From NCBI RefSeq assembly GCF_009914755.1, contig NC_060943.1: a stretch of 64,000 nt of DNA; one strand, 5' to 3'. The DNA is from the human T2T-CHM13v2.0 reference genome, Homo sapiens. Under the pieces are notes generated by a model. That model did not search any database. It had not been told where the DNA came from and saw only the letters and a program-made list of their open reading frames with translations. Below, in pieces: positions 13,222 to 26,880 of this stretch. Made by a program: the position numbers and the translations under genes. The number at the start of each line of letters is the position of its first letter. Within the stretch, counting starts at the first letter, position 1.

Positions 13222-13815
13222 CTCTGTGTCCATGCAGCTCTGTGTGGTGGGGATGGACCCTGGTGACATCCTGGTCCCCACAGAGCTCTGTGTGGTGGGG
13301 ACATATCCTGGTGACACCAGGACCCGTCCCCACAGAGCTCTACATGGTGGGGACGGGTCCTCATGACACCCCTGTGTCCATGGAGCTCTGTGTGGTGGGG
13401 ATGGGCCCTGGTGACATCGTGGTCCCCACAGAAGCTCTGTGTGGTGGGGATGGGCCCTGCGGACACCCCTGTATCCATGGAGCTCTGTGTGGTGGGGACG
13501 GGTCCTGGTGACACTCCTGTGTCCATGGAGCTCTGTGTGGTGGGGACGGGTCCTGGTGACACTCCTGTGTCCATGGAGCTCTGTGTGTTGGGGACGGGAC
13601 CTAGTGACACTCCTGTGTCCATGGAACTCTGTGTGGTGGGGACAGGTCCTGGTGACACCGCTGTGTTCATTGAGCTCTGTATGGTGGGGACGGGTCCTGG
13701 TGACACCCCTGTGTTCATGGAGCTCTGTATGGTGGGGATGGGTCCTCGTGACACTCCTGCGTCCATGGAGCTCTGTGTTGTGGCCATGGCCATGGGTTCT
13801 GGTCACTCTGTGGTA
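13222..13815. repeat. 48-bp minisatellite (VNTR-like), about 12 copies
   Basis: Unit GACACTCCTGTGTCCATGGAGCTCTGTGTGGTGGGGACGGGTCCTGGT; period 48 (GAC at 13510 and 13558). Confidence 0.95.
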
Positions 13816-14578
13816 CTGGGAGACTCAGCAGCCACTGTGCCTTTTGGACTCTGGATCTCCAGTCCTGTGGGACAGCAAGCCCAATGCCCAGGTGAACAGA
13901 CCCCAGGCCCCGGAAGCAGTACACTCACCCACGGAAGCATGTGGAGTGCAGACGGGGGCAGAACTCTCACTCCCACCATGCCCGGTGGACTGGGATGCAC
14001 AGACATGGTCCCTGGTAGGCCCCAGCCCTCCCTCCCCTCAGGGCTGACCTGTCCGCCATGTGCCTGGCCACACCTTTCTTGAACCTGGGGATATTTTCAG
14101 CTCTGCCACTGCCCTGGGTGATGCACAGTTCCTCGTTTTTCCAGGTCCTCCTCGAAACTCTGACTCTGGAGTAAGGTTTGGTGGACAGAGCTCTGTTGCC
14201 TCCTCAGGCCCATTGTGAGTTAGGATCTGTTTTCTTGCCTGCCATCTTCCAGAGTTGGGCTGGGCACACAATGCGGGCTCAGAAGGGATCCTGTGCTTGA
14301 AACATGAAGGGCATCACGCAGGATGACTGAGACTGAAACTAACGAGGTGACTGACAAGTACACAGATGTGTTAATATTTCACCATGGCCAGAGTCCAGCC
14401 AGAGGGCCGGTGCTGAGATGCACTGTTCCTGGGGCCCTTCCAGGGCCGGTCTGGGTCTCTGTGGAATGTGCGGGCTCAGGAATCATTGTTCCTGGGGCTG
14501 TTGTCACAGTGTGTCAATGATATTCATTGAAGAACATCTCTTTGAATGAGCTAAGAATGCTTAAAGAGAACAGTAGCC

Positions 14579-14896
<318 letters not shown>

Positions 14897-16249
14897 AGCC
14901 ATCGGTTAAAGACATGCACCTCTTGGTTGAAACAGACTGATCAGTCCCAGAAAATCCCTGCTAAGCAGTCAGCTGCCGAAAGCACCTGCCTGGGGCCTGG
15001 ACCCTCGCCAAATGTCAACATGATGTTGGGGACCAACAGGAACACTGGAAGCACAGTGTTGAGGAGACTGGACATGGAGATTGCCTCAAGCTGGGTTTCT
15101 CTTGGAATGCAGAGCCTGAGGTCAGGCCTGAGGGCGTATAGCTTACTGGGGACATCATCCCAGTTGGTGGGGGCCGAGGGAGGTGGGCAGAATTGTCTAA
15201 GGAGTCATATAAAATGCAGCTCTCAAGTGTCCATCTGGAGAAACAAAGTGGGGACTCATTTACCCATTGGTGCCGTCCCCCTAGGTCGAGGTGACCCCCG
15301 AGGGCATGGATTCCTCTCCATACTCAGGTTGCCCACATGTGCTCTGCAAGAGATCTGGGCATGGGCTGGGTGAGTGGGTGAGAGGGTCTCTCACTGCCCC
15401 TGGCCCACGAGGGGTATCCACTGCAGGGGGATGCGGGGTGATAGTCCATGGAGGGTGAGAAGCAGTGCTGCTTCTGCCTGCTCAGGGGCTCAGGTGATTT
15501 TGGAGGAGACGAGACATTCCAGGCAGAGAGGTCATGCCCACACGTCGTGGCTGTGTCAGCGTCTCTGAGATCAGCCCCATTCCAAGGTCCCAGGTGGACG
15601 CGGACACCTGGGAGCTGGGGCAGCCTTTGAAGATGTGCAGCGTGGAGGGCGCAGCCAGGGGCTGAGTGGCCTCCGCTCAGTGTCGCCCCTGCAGCAGGGC
15701 TGGCCTTTTCACCTTGCTGCCGTCCCTGCCTCCATTTGCCTCCATTCGTGGGTGGAAGTTATCAGGGCCATGGGTGCCAACGCCAGGATGCTGGGGCTTC
15801 CAGATTTTGTTTCACTCGGTGGCTCTTAGCAACATGTTTCTTGCATTCTGCTCATTCTGTTTCACATTTCACACTTCCCCAGGCTGAGCGAGCCATCCAT
15901 CTAGTGCAAACGCTTCTGACAGGGCTGGGGTGGAGGACGCCCTGCTGGCCCCAGCAAGGGGAAGGAAGGGGGCTTGCTGGGTGGGTGTGGGTGGCGCATG
16001 CTGGTCAGGACAGCCTGGGGTCGATGTCCCTGCACCCCCGCCCCCCGCCTCCTTCCCTGTCTTGCAGAGCCCTCTTGGAGCTGGCGATTGCTCTGAACAG
16101 ACCTTCCTCCTCTTTTCATTCCAGTCTCTCTGATCACCTGGGGAGATACAGACCTTGCACCTTCTCCCTCACAGCCCAGACACCACCGGAATCACCTCAC
16201 ACACCACCTGAATCACCAAACATCTCCAAACAGCCCTCAGACTTTTACT

Positions 16250-17330
16250 CTGCAGGGGCAATTTTTTTAAAAAAAATTTCTCTTCAACCTTCTCAAAGCC
16301 TCTAGTCAGCCACTTAGAGAAGAACTCTCCAAATTTCCTATCTCTCCCTCTATATTTATATTGATTTACATTTAAAATTATTTTTGCACAGGGTTTTCCT
16401 TGATTTTCTTTCTTTGGCAATTACAGATTAATCTGAACCCCTAGATTTTTGAGTATGTATCTATGTCTCTATTTATCTATCTATATTTTATTTTAAATCT
16501 GTAATAATATTCAGAATTAGCTCACAAAACTGGATTACACAAAGCCAGCAGGTTTAAAAATATTTCAAAGATGTTGCTTTTATGCTTCAAATCCTTGAAA
16601 AGCCAAATACATTCACTTCTGAAACTAAGTCTTGGGTTTCGCTGAAAAAAAAAAATAAGAAAAGTGTTTAATAGCACATATGGCATAATTTTATTTGACA
16701 TCTGTTTTGTAACAAACAATATTTAGCTCACTTATTTGCTGAATGATACAGTACACAGTGCAAACAAAAAGTCCAATGAACAGTTTTTCCAGAGTTTGTA
16801 ATATATCAATATTTATTGCAAAAGAATGCAAAACTTAAACATTTAAGTGTGTTATTGATTGTAATATGCAAAACATTGATTACTGTATGTTGCCACTGCA
16901 AAAAAAAAAGTGTACTAAATGCCTTCTGGGGTATGAAAATGAGGTGCATTTCAGCAAGAGGAGCTCACTTGCTCCCTTTGGTGACATTTAGTCTTAGGCC
17001 TGCCCCCCTTCCCCCGTTTGTGTCATCCTATTGAAGACAGCTGTCAATATATTTAGGATGCTTTAGCTCATAGCAGCAAAAATGGTGAGACTATTGGCTT
17101 AATTGTGAGGAGTGATTGATTTTAATGGAAACAACATTTAAAAACTCAGAATGCACTTTCTGTTGGCAGTGCTAATAGAATCCTCTAATGAATTGAAGCT
17201 TCACACATAAATGCATGGTACTTACTGCAACAATTAGCAAAGGACAACAATGGTTGATGCATTAAATTTTTTTAACTCAAAAGTTGAAATAAATTATTTG
17301 TTTACATAATGGGACCACAGGAACCAAGGC
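16250..17330. promoter_or_regulatory. Putative conserved non-coding element/enhancer
   Basis: About 1.1 kb repeat-free AT-rich island in GC-rich context, with many TAAT, ACAAT/ATTGT, TGACA and TGATTGAT words. Conservation is inferred, not measured. Confidence 0.5.
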
Positions 17331-18406
17331 AGAAGCAGAACTGGCTATCACCTGATACACAAAGCACACACCAACAAAACTGTGGTCAAGTGAAGCCACG
17401 AGCAGGACCCTGGTGTTGTTTTCTGTCCTTGCCATTATTATCGGAAAAATAATATCAGAAACAATATTTAAACAGATCCTCCTTCAGGTTGTTGGGCAGA
17501 GGGAAATGGCGAGGACTCCCTGTCCTGTTGAGGTTCTGTGTGGTGGGCGCATTTTTCCTTGGGTTGACATCAGTACAATGACAAATGCAGCCAGGAGGGG
17601 TGAGCTCAACTGGAGGGTCCTGAGGGATTGCCTGGAGCACACTCAGAAGCCCCCAAAACAAGGCTTGGAAACTGCCCCCCAACCCCAGAACAGGAAAGTT
17701 ACAGATTTAATTAGATTTTTCAAAAGAATCATAATCATGAAAGTAAAATAAACAGCAGACATTTACTAAGCATCTCATGTTCCAAACCCCACGTAAGAGA
17801 TTTCATGCCTCTCCTCAGGCATCCCTGACCTTGACCCCTGAAAAGCAACCTGCAGGTTCAGAGGGCACTTATTTGGACCTGCACTGGGGCTCTAAGCGCT
17901 TGGAGGAAGCCATGACTTGTGTCTTCCATTTTGCAATAGTTCTCATTAGCGCTTGGTGCCCACTGTGTGCCTGGATCCCCACCGGGTCGGGGGTGGAGTG
18001 AGGGCAGAGATGGAGAGACCAAGCTCCTGCCCTCTAGTGTGCTGAAGACGAGGGCTTCCAGGAACCCAAATTTGTGTATGGGGCAGTATAGGCTCAGAAA
18101 ACAGCTTTGAGAGGTTCAGAAGGGAAGAGGAGGATGACCTTGAGCGTGTGATGGTTCTCAGGGCCCAACAACTTCCCCTTTATAGGGGCATCCTCTCAGA
18201 GCTGAGAGACCAGAACTGCAGACAGCCTGGGCATCCCCTGGTTCTTAAGCTCCCCCTATAATTTCCCCACCAGTCCCCTCGGCCTCTGGCTGAACTGATG
18301 GATTCTCAGTCTAACTGGCTGCCTCTACCCGGGGTGGCCTTCATCACCCTTACTCTTAACTTCTCCAAACCTCAGTCCTCACGTTTTTCAAAGGAAGGTT
18401 AAAGGA

Positions 18407-18702
18407 GGGCCCGGTGTGGAGGTTCACGCCTGTAATCCCAGAGCTTTGGGAGGTCAAGGTGGGAGGGTCATTTGAGCCCAGAAGTTCAAGACCAGCCTGA
18501 GTAACATAACTAGACCCCATCTCTACAGAACATAAAACAATTAGCCGGGCCTGATGGTGCATGCCTGTAGTCTCAGCTACTTGGGAGGTTGAGGTCGAAG
18601 CATCACTTGAGCCCAGGAGTTTGAGGCTGCAGTGAGCTGTGATTGTGCCACTACACTCCAGCTTGGGGGACAGAGCCAGATCCCGTCTTTAAAAATTAAA
18701 AA
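18407..18702 (+). mobile_element. AluJ
   Basis: J-type TTGAGCCCAGGAG in the arms; TSD AAAGGAAGGTTA.AGGA. Confidence 0.9.
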
Positions 18703-19269
18703 AGGAAGGTTAGAGGATAAAGGAGATAATATGTGGAAAGGACTAGACAGTACCTAGCACAGAGTAAGCGCTCAGAAAATACCAGTTTTTGTTTGTATGC
18801 TTCTTATTCATTGTTAGTGCTCTAGGCTTCTGTGAGAACTTGACTACTGCATAATCTCTCTGAGACTCAACTTCCTTACTGTAAAATCGAGAAAGCACTG
18901 CATTTTATTCTTCAGAGGGCTACTGGGGTTATTAGACCGAGATGATTCGTGGAGAGTGGCCTGCCCTGTGCCCGATACAGAACAAACACTCAGATGTTAG
19001 GTGACAGTAACAAGAATAATGTCAATATCTTCAGAAACAAAGAACTAACCCTGGCTGTGAAAGGGTTTGTGCTTTGGGGTCTGTCCTTGCAGAGACGGTA
19101 GATGGGAGACCCAAGGAGACACTAGCATCCTCTTTTGCAGAAGGTTCTAGCAGATGTTGTGGTTGCAACAATTGGCATCAGTGACTTGGAGCTGAAACCT
19201 GGCTTGTGGGGTGCTAGGGGAGATCTAGGGGCAGCCTAACTCACCTACCCGCTTCCTCCTCCGTCCTCC

Positions 19270-19920
19270 GCAGCAGTGAGAAACGATCCGGGAAACAGAA
19301 AGCAGAGGCGAACAATATATGTCACGAGGAAATAAGAACACTGCACCACTAGAATAAATAATAATATTTTTTCCCTGGCTTTAATGAAACTCTATAGATA
19401 TAAAAAGCTGGAGAAAGGGATTTTTTTTTTACAGACCTTAATTATAGCAGGGTTGTTAGTAAATTTACTGAATTGCAAATGTAAAATATTCTGATGGCCT
19501 GAGTAAAACCACATATTTAAGCCTTCTAAATGAACATTTCTGTTTTTTGAGTAATTTGTACCATCTGTGTCAAAATTCTGAGTCTAAAAAAAAAGCAGTG
19601 GAACAAATGTTGGTTCCATAAAACAGTCCTAGTTCATTGTTGAAATTGTCACACATTAACATTGCAGGCCATCTGGGAAGACAAAAGCCTCTAACCAGAT
19701 TGCGGAGATGATTTTATTGGTCTGGTATTAATCAGGATATGGCATAATATTTAAGCAGAAAGGAGAGATGAGGTGAAGTGGGGCCCTTCATCCACCCCAA
19801 CTGCGCGCGAGTTGTACCAGAGCCCCCTCCACTAGGGCGTGGGGCATTTTAAAGCCGGTTTCATCATCAGAAAATGTAAATAAAAGCCAAGGTAATATTT
19901 CCGGTTTGAACAGAGGCACA
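19270..19920. promoter_or_regulatory. Putative conserved non-coding element/enhancer
   Basis: AT-rich unique island with TAATTA, CATTGTT and retained CpGs at its edges. Confidence 0.45.
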
Positions 19921-21290
19921 CAAAACACAGAAACTTCATGGGTTAGGCGGCTGGCTCGGGGGAGGGAGAGCTCTTGTTCAGCGGGGTCTACCCAGAACCA
20001 CGCCGAAATGAGGTGGAGTGGAGCTTCCCTTTATCACCGCGCATCTGACCCTGAGCGTGAGAGTCCTCATGCCCAGGACGGTCCCCTGCTGCTCACCGTC
20101 CCCGCGGGTGCACAGTGTCGAGGCCAGCCTGGCCTGCGGCAAGACTCACCACAGCCAGGGTTCAGCCCTGACAGCTCCAACCCCTGCACCTTGGGTCCCC
20201 TTCCTCTTTTGCACTGAGGCTGAGGGCCCTGGGCCACAGCAGATCCCAGCCTTGGTCCCGCTGGATCCTGGCAAGTGCCCAGGTGCAGCTCCCATCAGCT
20301 CAGGGGTTGGTGGCTTGGTGGAGGCAACTCTTGAGGCAGGTCACTTTAGGATTCACCTCTGAGTGACAGGGGGGTTAGAGGTCACAGTTTAGATTATGTG
20401 CGTCTTCCTCCGGCCACTCCACTTGGGCACACGCCCCTGGGTGAGTGGGCTGGTAGTCAAGGATCTGACATTCGCCCGATGGGTCCCACTTTCTATGTAC
20501 CTCTCAGATCTCCGCGCGGATCATCTCACAGCGCAGAGAGATGCCTGGGCTTAAGGACGTATTTTTCATACAACTTGCCCCTAAATGCAAGCCATCAATT
20601 TCATCAAGTGCTTAATGGAAGGAACATGGTCTGCCCCAAATGCTGGCTTGTGTTGAACCCACTGAGGGGAGGGAGGTCGGCGTCCTGGGTGATGGCTTCC
20701 TGAGAGACTTTCAAGGGAACTTCTGACTTTGTGCTAACTTGTACACACTGTACCCTCCTGTGCTGTGTGGCCCTGTGTGATTGGGGACTCAGGCGGAGGT
20801 GTCCAGGGTGCTGCTGGGAGTGCGTCTCCTGGGTCCGCTGCGGGGTGGAGAGCTGCAGCGGCCAGGTCTGCCCTGCCAGCCTTAGGCCTTCCTGCCAGGA
20901 GAAGATGCCACCCCTTCTGGGCAGCTTTCAAGGCTGGGGGAACGCGGTGCTCCCTGTGGAACTGCCTTCATACTTGGTTCTTTATCTTTGTCCATCTGGA
21001 GGTTATGCACAAATAAATGCCTTATGCAGACTGATGGCCTTCACCTTTGCTCCAAATGCTGGCATATGTAGAGTCTCTTCTCAGCATCTCCTGCATGCTG
21101 AGCCCTGTTGCAGAGGGAAGGGAGAGCCCTGGCCACAGGGCGTTGAGTCCAGTTTTCAGGAAAAACTTACCGGAAACAGTGAAGGACGTCACAATGGGAA
21201 ATGCAAGTTGCTGGGTCCCCAGAGCTCAGATAATGAGCATGAGAACTGTGGGATGCATTAAGAGGGACCTCCTAAAAATAAGAACCTGAA

Positions 21291-21650
<360 letters not shown>

Positions 21651-22228
21651 CTATCTCTGAAAAAAAAAGAAAGAAATCAACAGCCCATCTCTTAAAACAG
21701 CAGCAACAAAATGGACACAGATCACACTTCTCTGCTATATAAAACCCTTTAGTGGCTCCCACTTGCCCCGGAAAGAGAGGCCAGAGTCCCTGAGAGGCCC
21801 TTGCCCCCTGGGCTTCCATGGGAGGGGCCTTCCCTGCTCCTCCACACCGCAGGGCCATTGACCCTGCTGTGCTGTCTGCCTGGAAGCCCCTTGATCACCA
21901 GCCGGGTCAGCCCGGCCAATCTCTTTTCTTCTTTCAATACCAACACAGGCAGAGCTTCTTTAAGGATTTGTTCCTCTGGTCTCATAGCACCTTCCACTCC
22001 TCCCTTGCTGCTCGTAACACTGTTTTAATTAAGTGGTTTATGATGTAATTATTGTTTGTGCCTTCATGTCTGAACACAAGGAGATCAACTATTTTCCCAA
22101 TGAAAAGATGAGAACTTTTTTGGTGGGGGTCTTGTTTGTATATAGAAACTCATAAGGACGAAGTCAAAATAGTCCAATGCTTCTTTATAATAGTTATTAA
22201 CTATGTTGCAATGCATACTTGAAATCAC

Positions 22229-22383
22229 TTTTTTTGAGCTAGGGCTTTATTCTGTCACCCAGGCTGGAGTGCAGTGGTGCAATGGTAGCTGACTGCAGCC
22301 TCGACCTCCTGGGCTCAAGTGAACCTCCTGCCTTGGCCTCCCAAAGTCCTGGGATTACAGGCATGAGCCACTGTGCCCTGCCC
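22229..22383 (-). mobile_element. Monomeric Alu (FRAM-like or arm-recombined AluJ)
   Basis: About 155 bp single-arm Alu, reverse strand, with T tail; GAAATCA on both sides (22221, 22385). Confidence 0.8.
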
Positions 22384-22391
22384 CGAAATCA

Positions 22392-23305
22392 ATTTTTTTT
22401 TAAAAAAATTTTCTTTCCATAGGTTATTGGGGAACAGGTGGTGTTTGGTTACATGAGTAAGTTGTTTAGTGGTGATTTGTGAGATTTTGGTGCACCCATG
22501 TCCGGAGCAGTGTACACTGCACACAATTTGTAGTCTTTTATCCCTCACCCCCTTCCCATCCTTTTCCCCTGAGTCCCTGAAGTCCATTGTGTCATTCTTA
22601 TGCCTTTGCATCCTCATAGCTTAGTTTCCACTTACGAGTGAGAACATAGGATGTTTGGTTTTCTGTTCCTGAGGTACTTCACTTAGAGTAATAGTCTCCA
22701 ATCTCATCCAGGTCGCTGTGAATGCCATTAATTCATTCCTTTTTATGGCTGTGTAGTATTCCATCATATATGTATACTACAGTTTCTTTATCTACTCATT
22801 GATTGATGGGCATTTGGGCTGGTTCCACATTTTTGCAATTGCGAATTGCGCTGCTATAAACATGTGCGTGCAAGTATCTTTTTTGTATAATGACTTCTTT
22901 TCCTCTGAGTAGATACCCAGTGGTAAGATTGCTGGATCAAATATCCAGTATCTACAACGAACTCAAACAAATTAGCAAGAAAAAACAAATGATTCAATCA
23001 AAAAGTGGGCTAAGGACATGAACAGAGAATTCTCAAAAGAAGATATACAAATGGCCAGCAAAACATATGAAAAAATGCTCAACATTACTAATGATCAGGG
23101 AAATGCAGATCAAGACCACAATGCAATACCACCTTACTCCTGCAAGAATGGCCATAGTCTAAAAATAAAAAAAAAAATAGATCTCAGCATCGATGTGGTG
23201 ATCAGGGAACGCTTCTGCAGTGCTGGTGGGAATGTCAACTAGTACAATCACTATGGAAAACAGTGTGGAGATTCCTTAAAGAACTAAAAGTAGAACTACC
23301 ATTTG
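22392..23305 (-). mobile_element. Older LINE-1 (L1PB-like) 3' end, 5'-truncated with 5' inversion
   Basis: Minus-strand L1PB-type 3'UTR and ORF2 end to about 22942, then plus-strand degenerate ORF2 ([18 protein letters not shown]...) to 23305. Flanked by GAAATCA(A/C)TTTTT repeats. Confidence 0.88.
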
Positions 23306-23445
23306 AAATCACTTTTTATGCAAGGAAGTACACTCACTGGGAATGCTTTTTTATTCTCCCATGCCAGGAATAAATTGCACTAAAATTTTCACACAGTGCC
23401 CCCTCCACTTTCACTGCCTTGGCTCTCGGGGGAGCTGTTTTCTCA

Positions 23446-23825
<380 letters not shown>

Positions 23826-24426
23826 TTAAAAGACTGCTTTCCTGTGACACCTCGCAGCTGCAGTTTTGAGACCACACCCCCTCCCCAGGAATAGGTATTT
23901 TTGTTCTGTTTATTTTCTTTCCCCGTTTTTTTTTTTTAACCTATTCCATCAGGTGACCTCTATAAGCATCCAACATTAGCACTGACGGCGGGGCTTGTAG
24001 GATGAATAGGTCTCTTCCTTTAAGTTCAGGCTGAACGGAATTGGGAGCAGAGCCCTGCGGTAGGACAGAGACTTCGCAAAGCCCGGAGCACACAGCAGCA
24101 CCCCGTCTTCTAAAGGACAATTTTGGGAAAACTCTTGCCTAATATTCTGGCACTAAGGATCATTCTGTCACATCCCCGCTCTGGACTACAAGCCTGCAAG
24201 CCCCATCCGGGGCAGGGCTCCTCATTCCTGTGCACCGTGGAAGCCCTGTGCCTGCCCAGGGCCTGGCACTTGTACGTACTTGAAAACCTCGTGTGGAGTA
24301 AAGAGAGGGGTGATGTGCAAAGGCCTTGAAGTGGGGAAGGGTAGTTGAGGTGGCTCTGGACTCAGCATGGTGACAAACGGAGTGGGGAGGGGATGGTCCT
24401 TCATGAAGCAGAGTGAGGAGGCACTG

Positions 24427-25403
24427 TCACACATGCATACACACACACACAGAGACATCCACACAGATACACACAGACACAGACAGACACACAGACACAG
24501 ACACAGACACACAGACATATAGACACATAGACACACAGACACACACGGACACATATATAGACACACAGACATGTACAGACACACATACAGACACACAGAC
24601 ACACACATATAGACAGACACACACAGACACAGACACATACACAGACACACCGACACACACAGACATATAGACACAGAGACACACACAGACACACACACAC
24701 AGACATGCACAGACACACATATAGACACACAGACACACACATATAGACACACAGACACACACACAGACACATACAGACATTCACAGACACACAGACACAC
24801 ACACAGACACACAGACACACGCAGACACACACAGACACAGGCACACACAGGCACAGACACACAGGCACACAGACACACAGACACACAGACACACACACAG
24901 ACACACACAGACACACAGGCACACACACGCACAGACACACAGACACACACACAGACACACATATAGACACACACACAGACAGACACACAGACACACACAC
25001 AGAGACACAGACACACAGATACAAACAGACACACACCCCCACACACACAGACACAGACACACACACAAACACACATATAGACACACAGACACACAGGCAC
25101 ACACACAAACACAGACACATAGACACACACACAGACACACACAGACACAGACACACAGATACAAACAGACACACACACACAGACACAGACACACACACAC
25201 AGACACAGACTCACAGATACAAACAGACACACACCCACACATACAGACACAGACACACACACAGACACACACATGGATACACATAGACACACAAAGATAC
25301 AGACATGCACAGAGACAGACACACATACACACACACACACAGACACACACACACACACACACAGACACACACACACACAGACAGACAGACAGACACACAC
25401 ACA
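24427..25403. repeat. About 1-kb degenerate (CA)n/(CAGACA)n simple repeat
   Basis: Directly visible; explains the Cys/Val-rich ORFs. Confidence 0.97.
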
Positions 25404-26338
25404 TGAGAGCTCCAGAGGAAAAGTGATCCCAGGCCAAACAGAAGCCTCTGGAAGCTGGAGCAGGGGTTCTGGGATTGTACCCCTGCCTGTGGCCACAGCC
25501 CTTGCTGGGCTTGCCCAGTGATAAGCGCGGACCAGGAGCTCTTCTGAGAAGCCCCTCCTGGCGAGACGTTGTTGTGAGCCTGCTAATGTCTTCCACTTAA
25601 GCAGCAGCCACCGAGGTGTGCCGCTTCCTGGTGCCTAATGGCCCGGGGTGTCGCCGAGCACTATTAATCCCGCTGGCCATTAATTCCGGGAAATGCTCAG
25701 GGTCATTACAGGCTGTGTGGCTTCCAATGAGAAGTAACTCTGCAAGGTGAGCGCCCAGGCCACCGGCCCCAGGAATGGCCTCCTGCAGGGAGGCCTGGTA
25801 ACCAGGGCAGGAGGGGGTGCCTGGCCTTTGCACGTGTGTGTGTGTATGTGTGTGTGTGGCGGGGGGAAGGGGGTAGCAGGCATGCACCCAACATCAGGGG
25901 ACCACATCAAAATGGGGAGACAGAGATGTGCAGCAAGGGCTGTTCTCTGCAAGGACCCAGAGAGTCATCCCCTAAGTGCTGCCTTGAAGCAGCACGTGGC
26001 TTGGATGTGGGGGTGCTGGGGCAAAACCGGAAGGAAGGATTTTTGCTGCTGCGAGTGGAGGGCCGGGGACAGGGAGAAATATTGGAGAAGGGTTCTAGGT
26101 AGCCTTGGTGTGATCTTCAAAGTGTTAGGTAGAGAGTGCTCAGTTTCCCACTCTGGTGAAAGACAAGGAGGCACAGAAGGGCTGCAGCAGTGCCAGGCAG
26201 AGCCGCAGGCTCGGGCTATGGGTCAGGACAGGCAGCAGTTCCGCCAACAGCGGAGGGTCTTGTGCTTTTGCAGGGCAGCCACTGCGTCTCACTCTGTTCC
26301 TGCTGTCCCGCTGGCCCAGCCACTGGCTCTCAACCTGG

Positions 26339-26593
26339 ATGGCCTCTGCTGTCCCGTGACCTCTGCTGCCCCATGGCCTCTGCTGTTCCATGGCTTCTGC
26401 TCTTTCATGGCCTCTGCTGCCCCATGGCCTCTGCTGTCCCGTGGCCTCTGCCATCCCGTGGCCACCACTGTCCTGTGGCCTCTGCTGCCCCGTGGCCTCT
26501 GCTGTCCCGTGGCCTCTGCTGTTCCGTGGCCTCTGCTGTTCTGTGGCCTCTGCTGCCCTGGGGCCTCCACTGTTTGGTGGCCTCTGCTGGCCT
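26339..26593. repeat. 17-bp minisatellite, about 15 copies
   Basis: Unit TGGCCTCTGCTG(T/C)CCC(G/A). Confidence 0.93.
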
Positions 26594-26848
26594 GAGGATT
26601 CTGCTACCTGGTGGCCTCTCCTTATTGTGTTTTCTCTTTATAATATGAGATCTGGAATCAGGCCTCCCGGTTTCAAGCCTTGGCGCTCCTGTTTCCTAGC
26701 TGGGTGGCCCCGGGCAACCGACTGACCTCCTCTGAGCTTCAGTTACATTACCCATAAAATGAGAAAAACAACAGAGCGTTATGAGGATTAAAGATGACAA
26801 CAAGTAGATCATTTGGGACCAGCCTCGAACACAGCAAAAGCTCTGTAA

Positions 26849-26853
<5 letters not shown>

Positions 26854-26879
<26 letters not shown>

Positions 26880-26880
26880 C
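26854..26880. repeat. (CCT)n microsatellite at the end of a MIR remnant
   Basis: About 9 CCT units. Confidence 0.9.

Noticed and set aside
12891-14082. Long ORFs (300, 239, 222, 202 aa), one resembling a mucin Pro/Thr/Ser repeat
   Set aside because: They arise because the 48-bp unit is a multiple of 3 and stop-free in several frames on both strands; no signal peptide or exon structure supports a gene.
24222-25596. Cys/Val-rich ORFs up to 424 aa
   Set aside because: Translations of the (TG)n-like simple repeat.
25747-26725. Overlapping ORFs with repeated SAAPWPLL motif, and a CRISPR-like appearance
   Set aside because: Product of the 17-bp minisatellite; no unique spacers and no cas genes, in a eukaryotic context.
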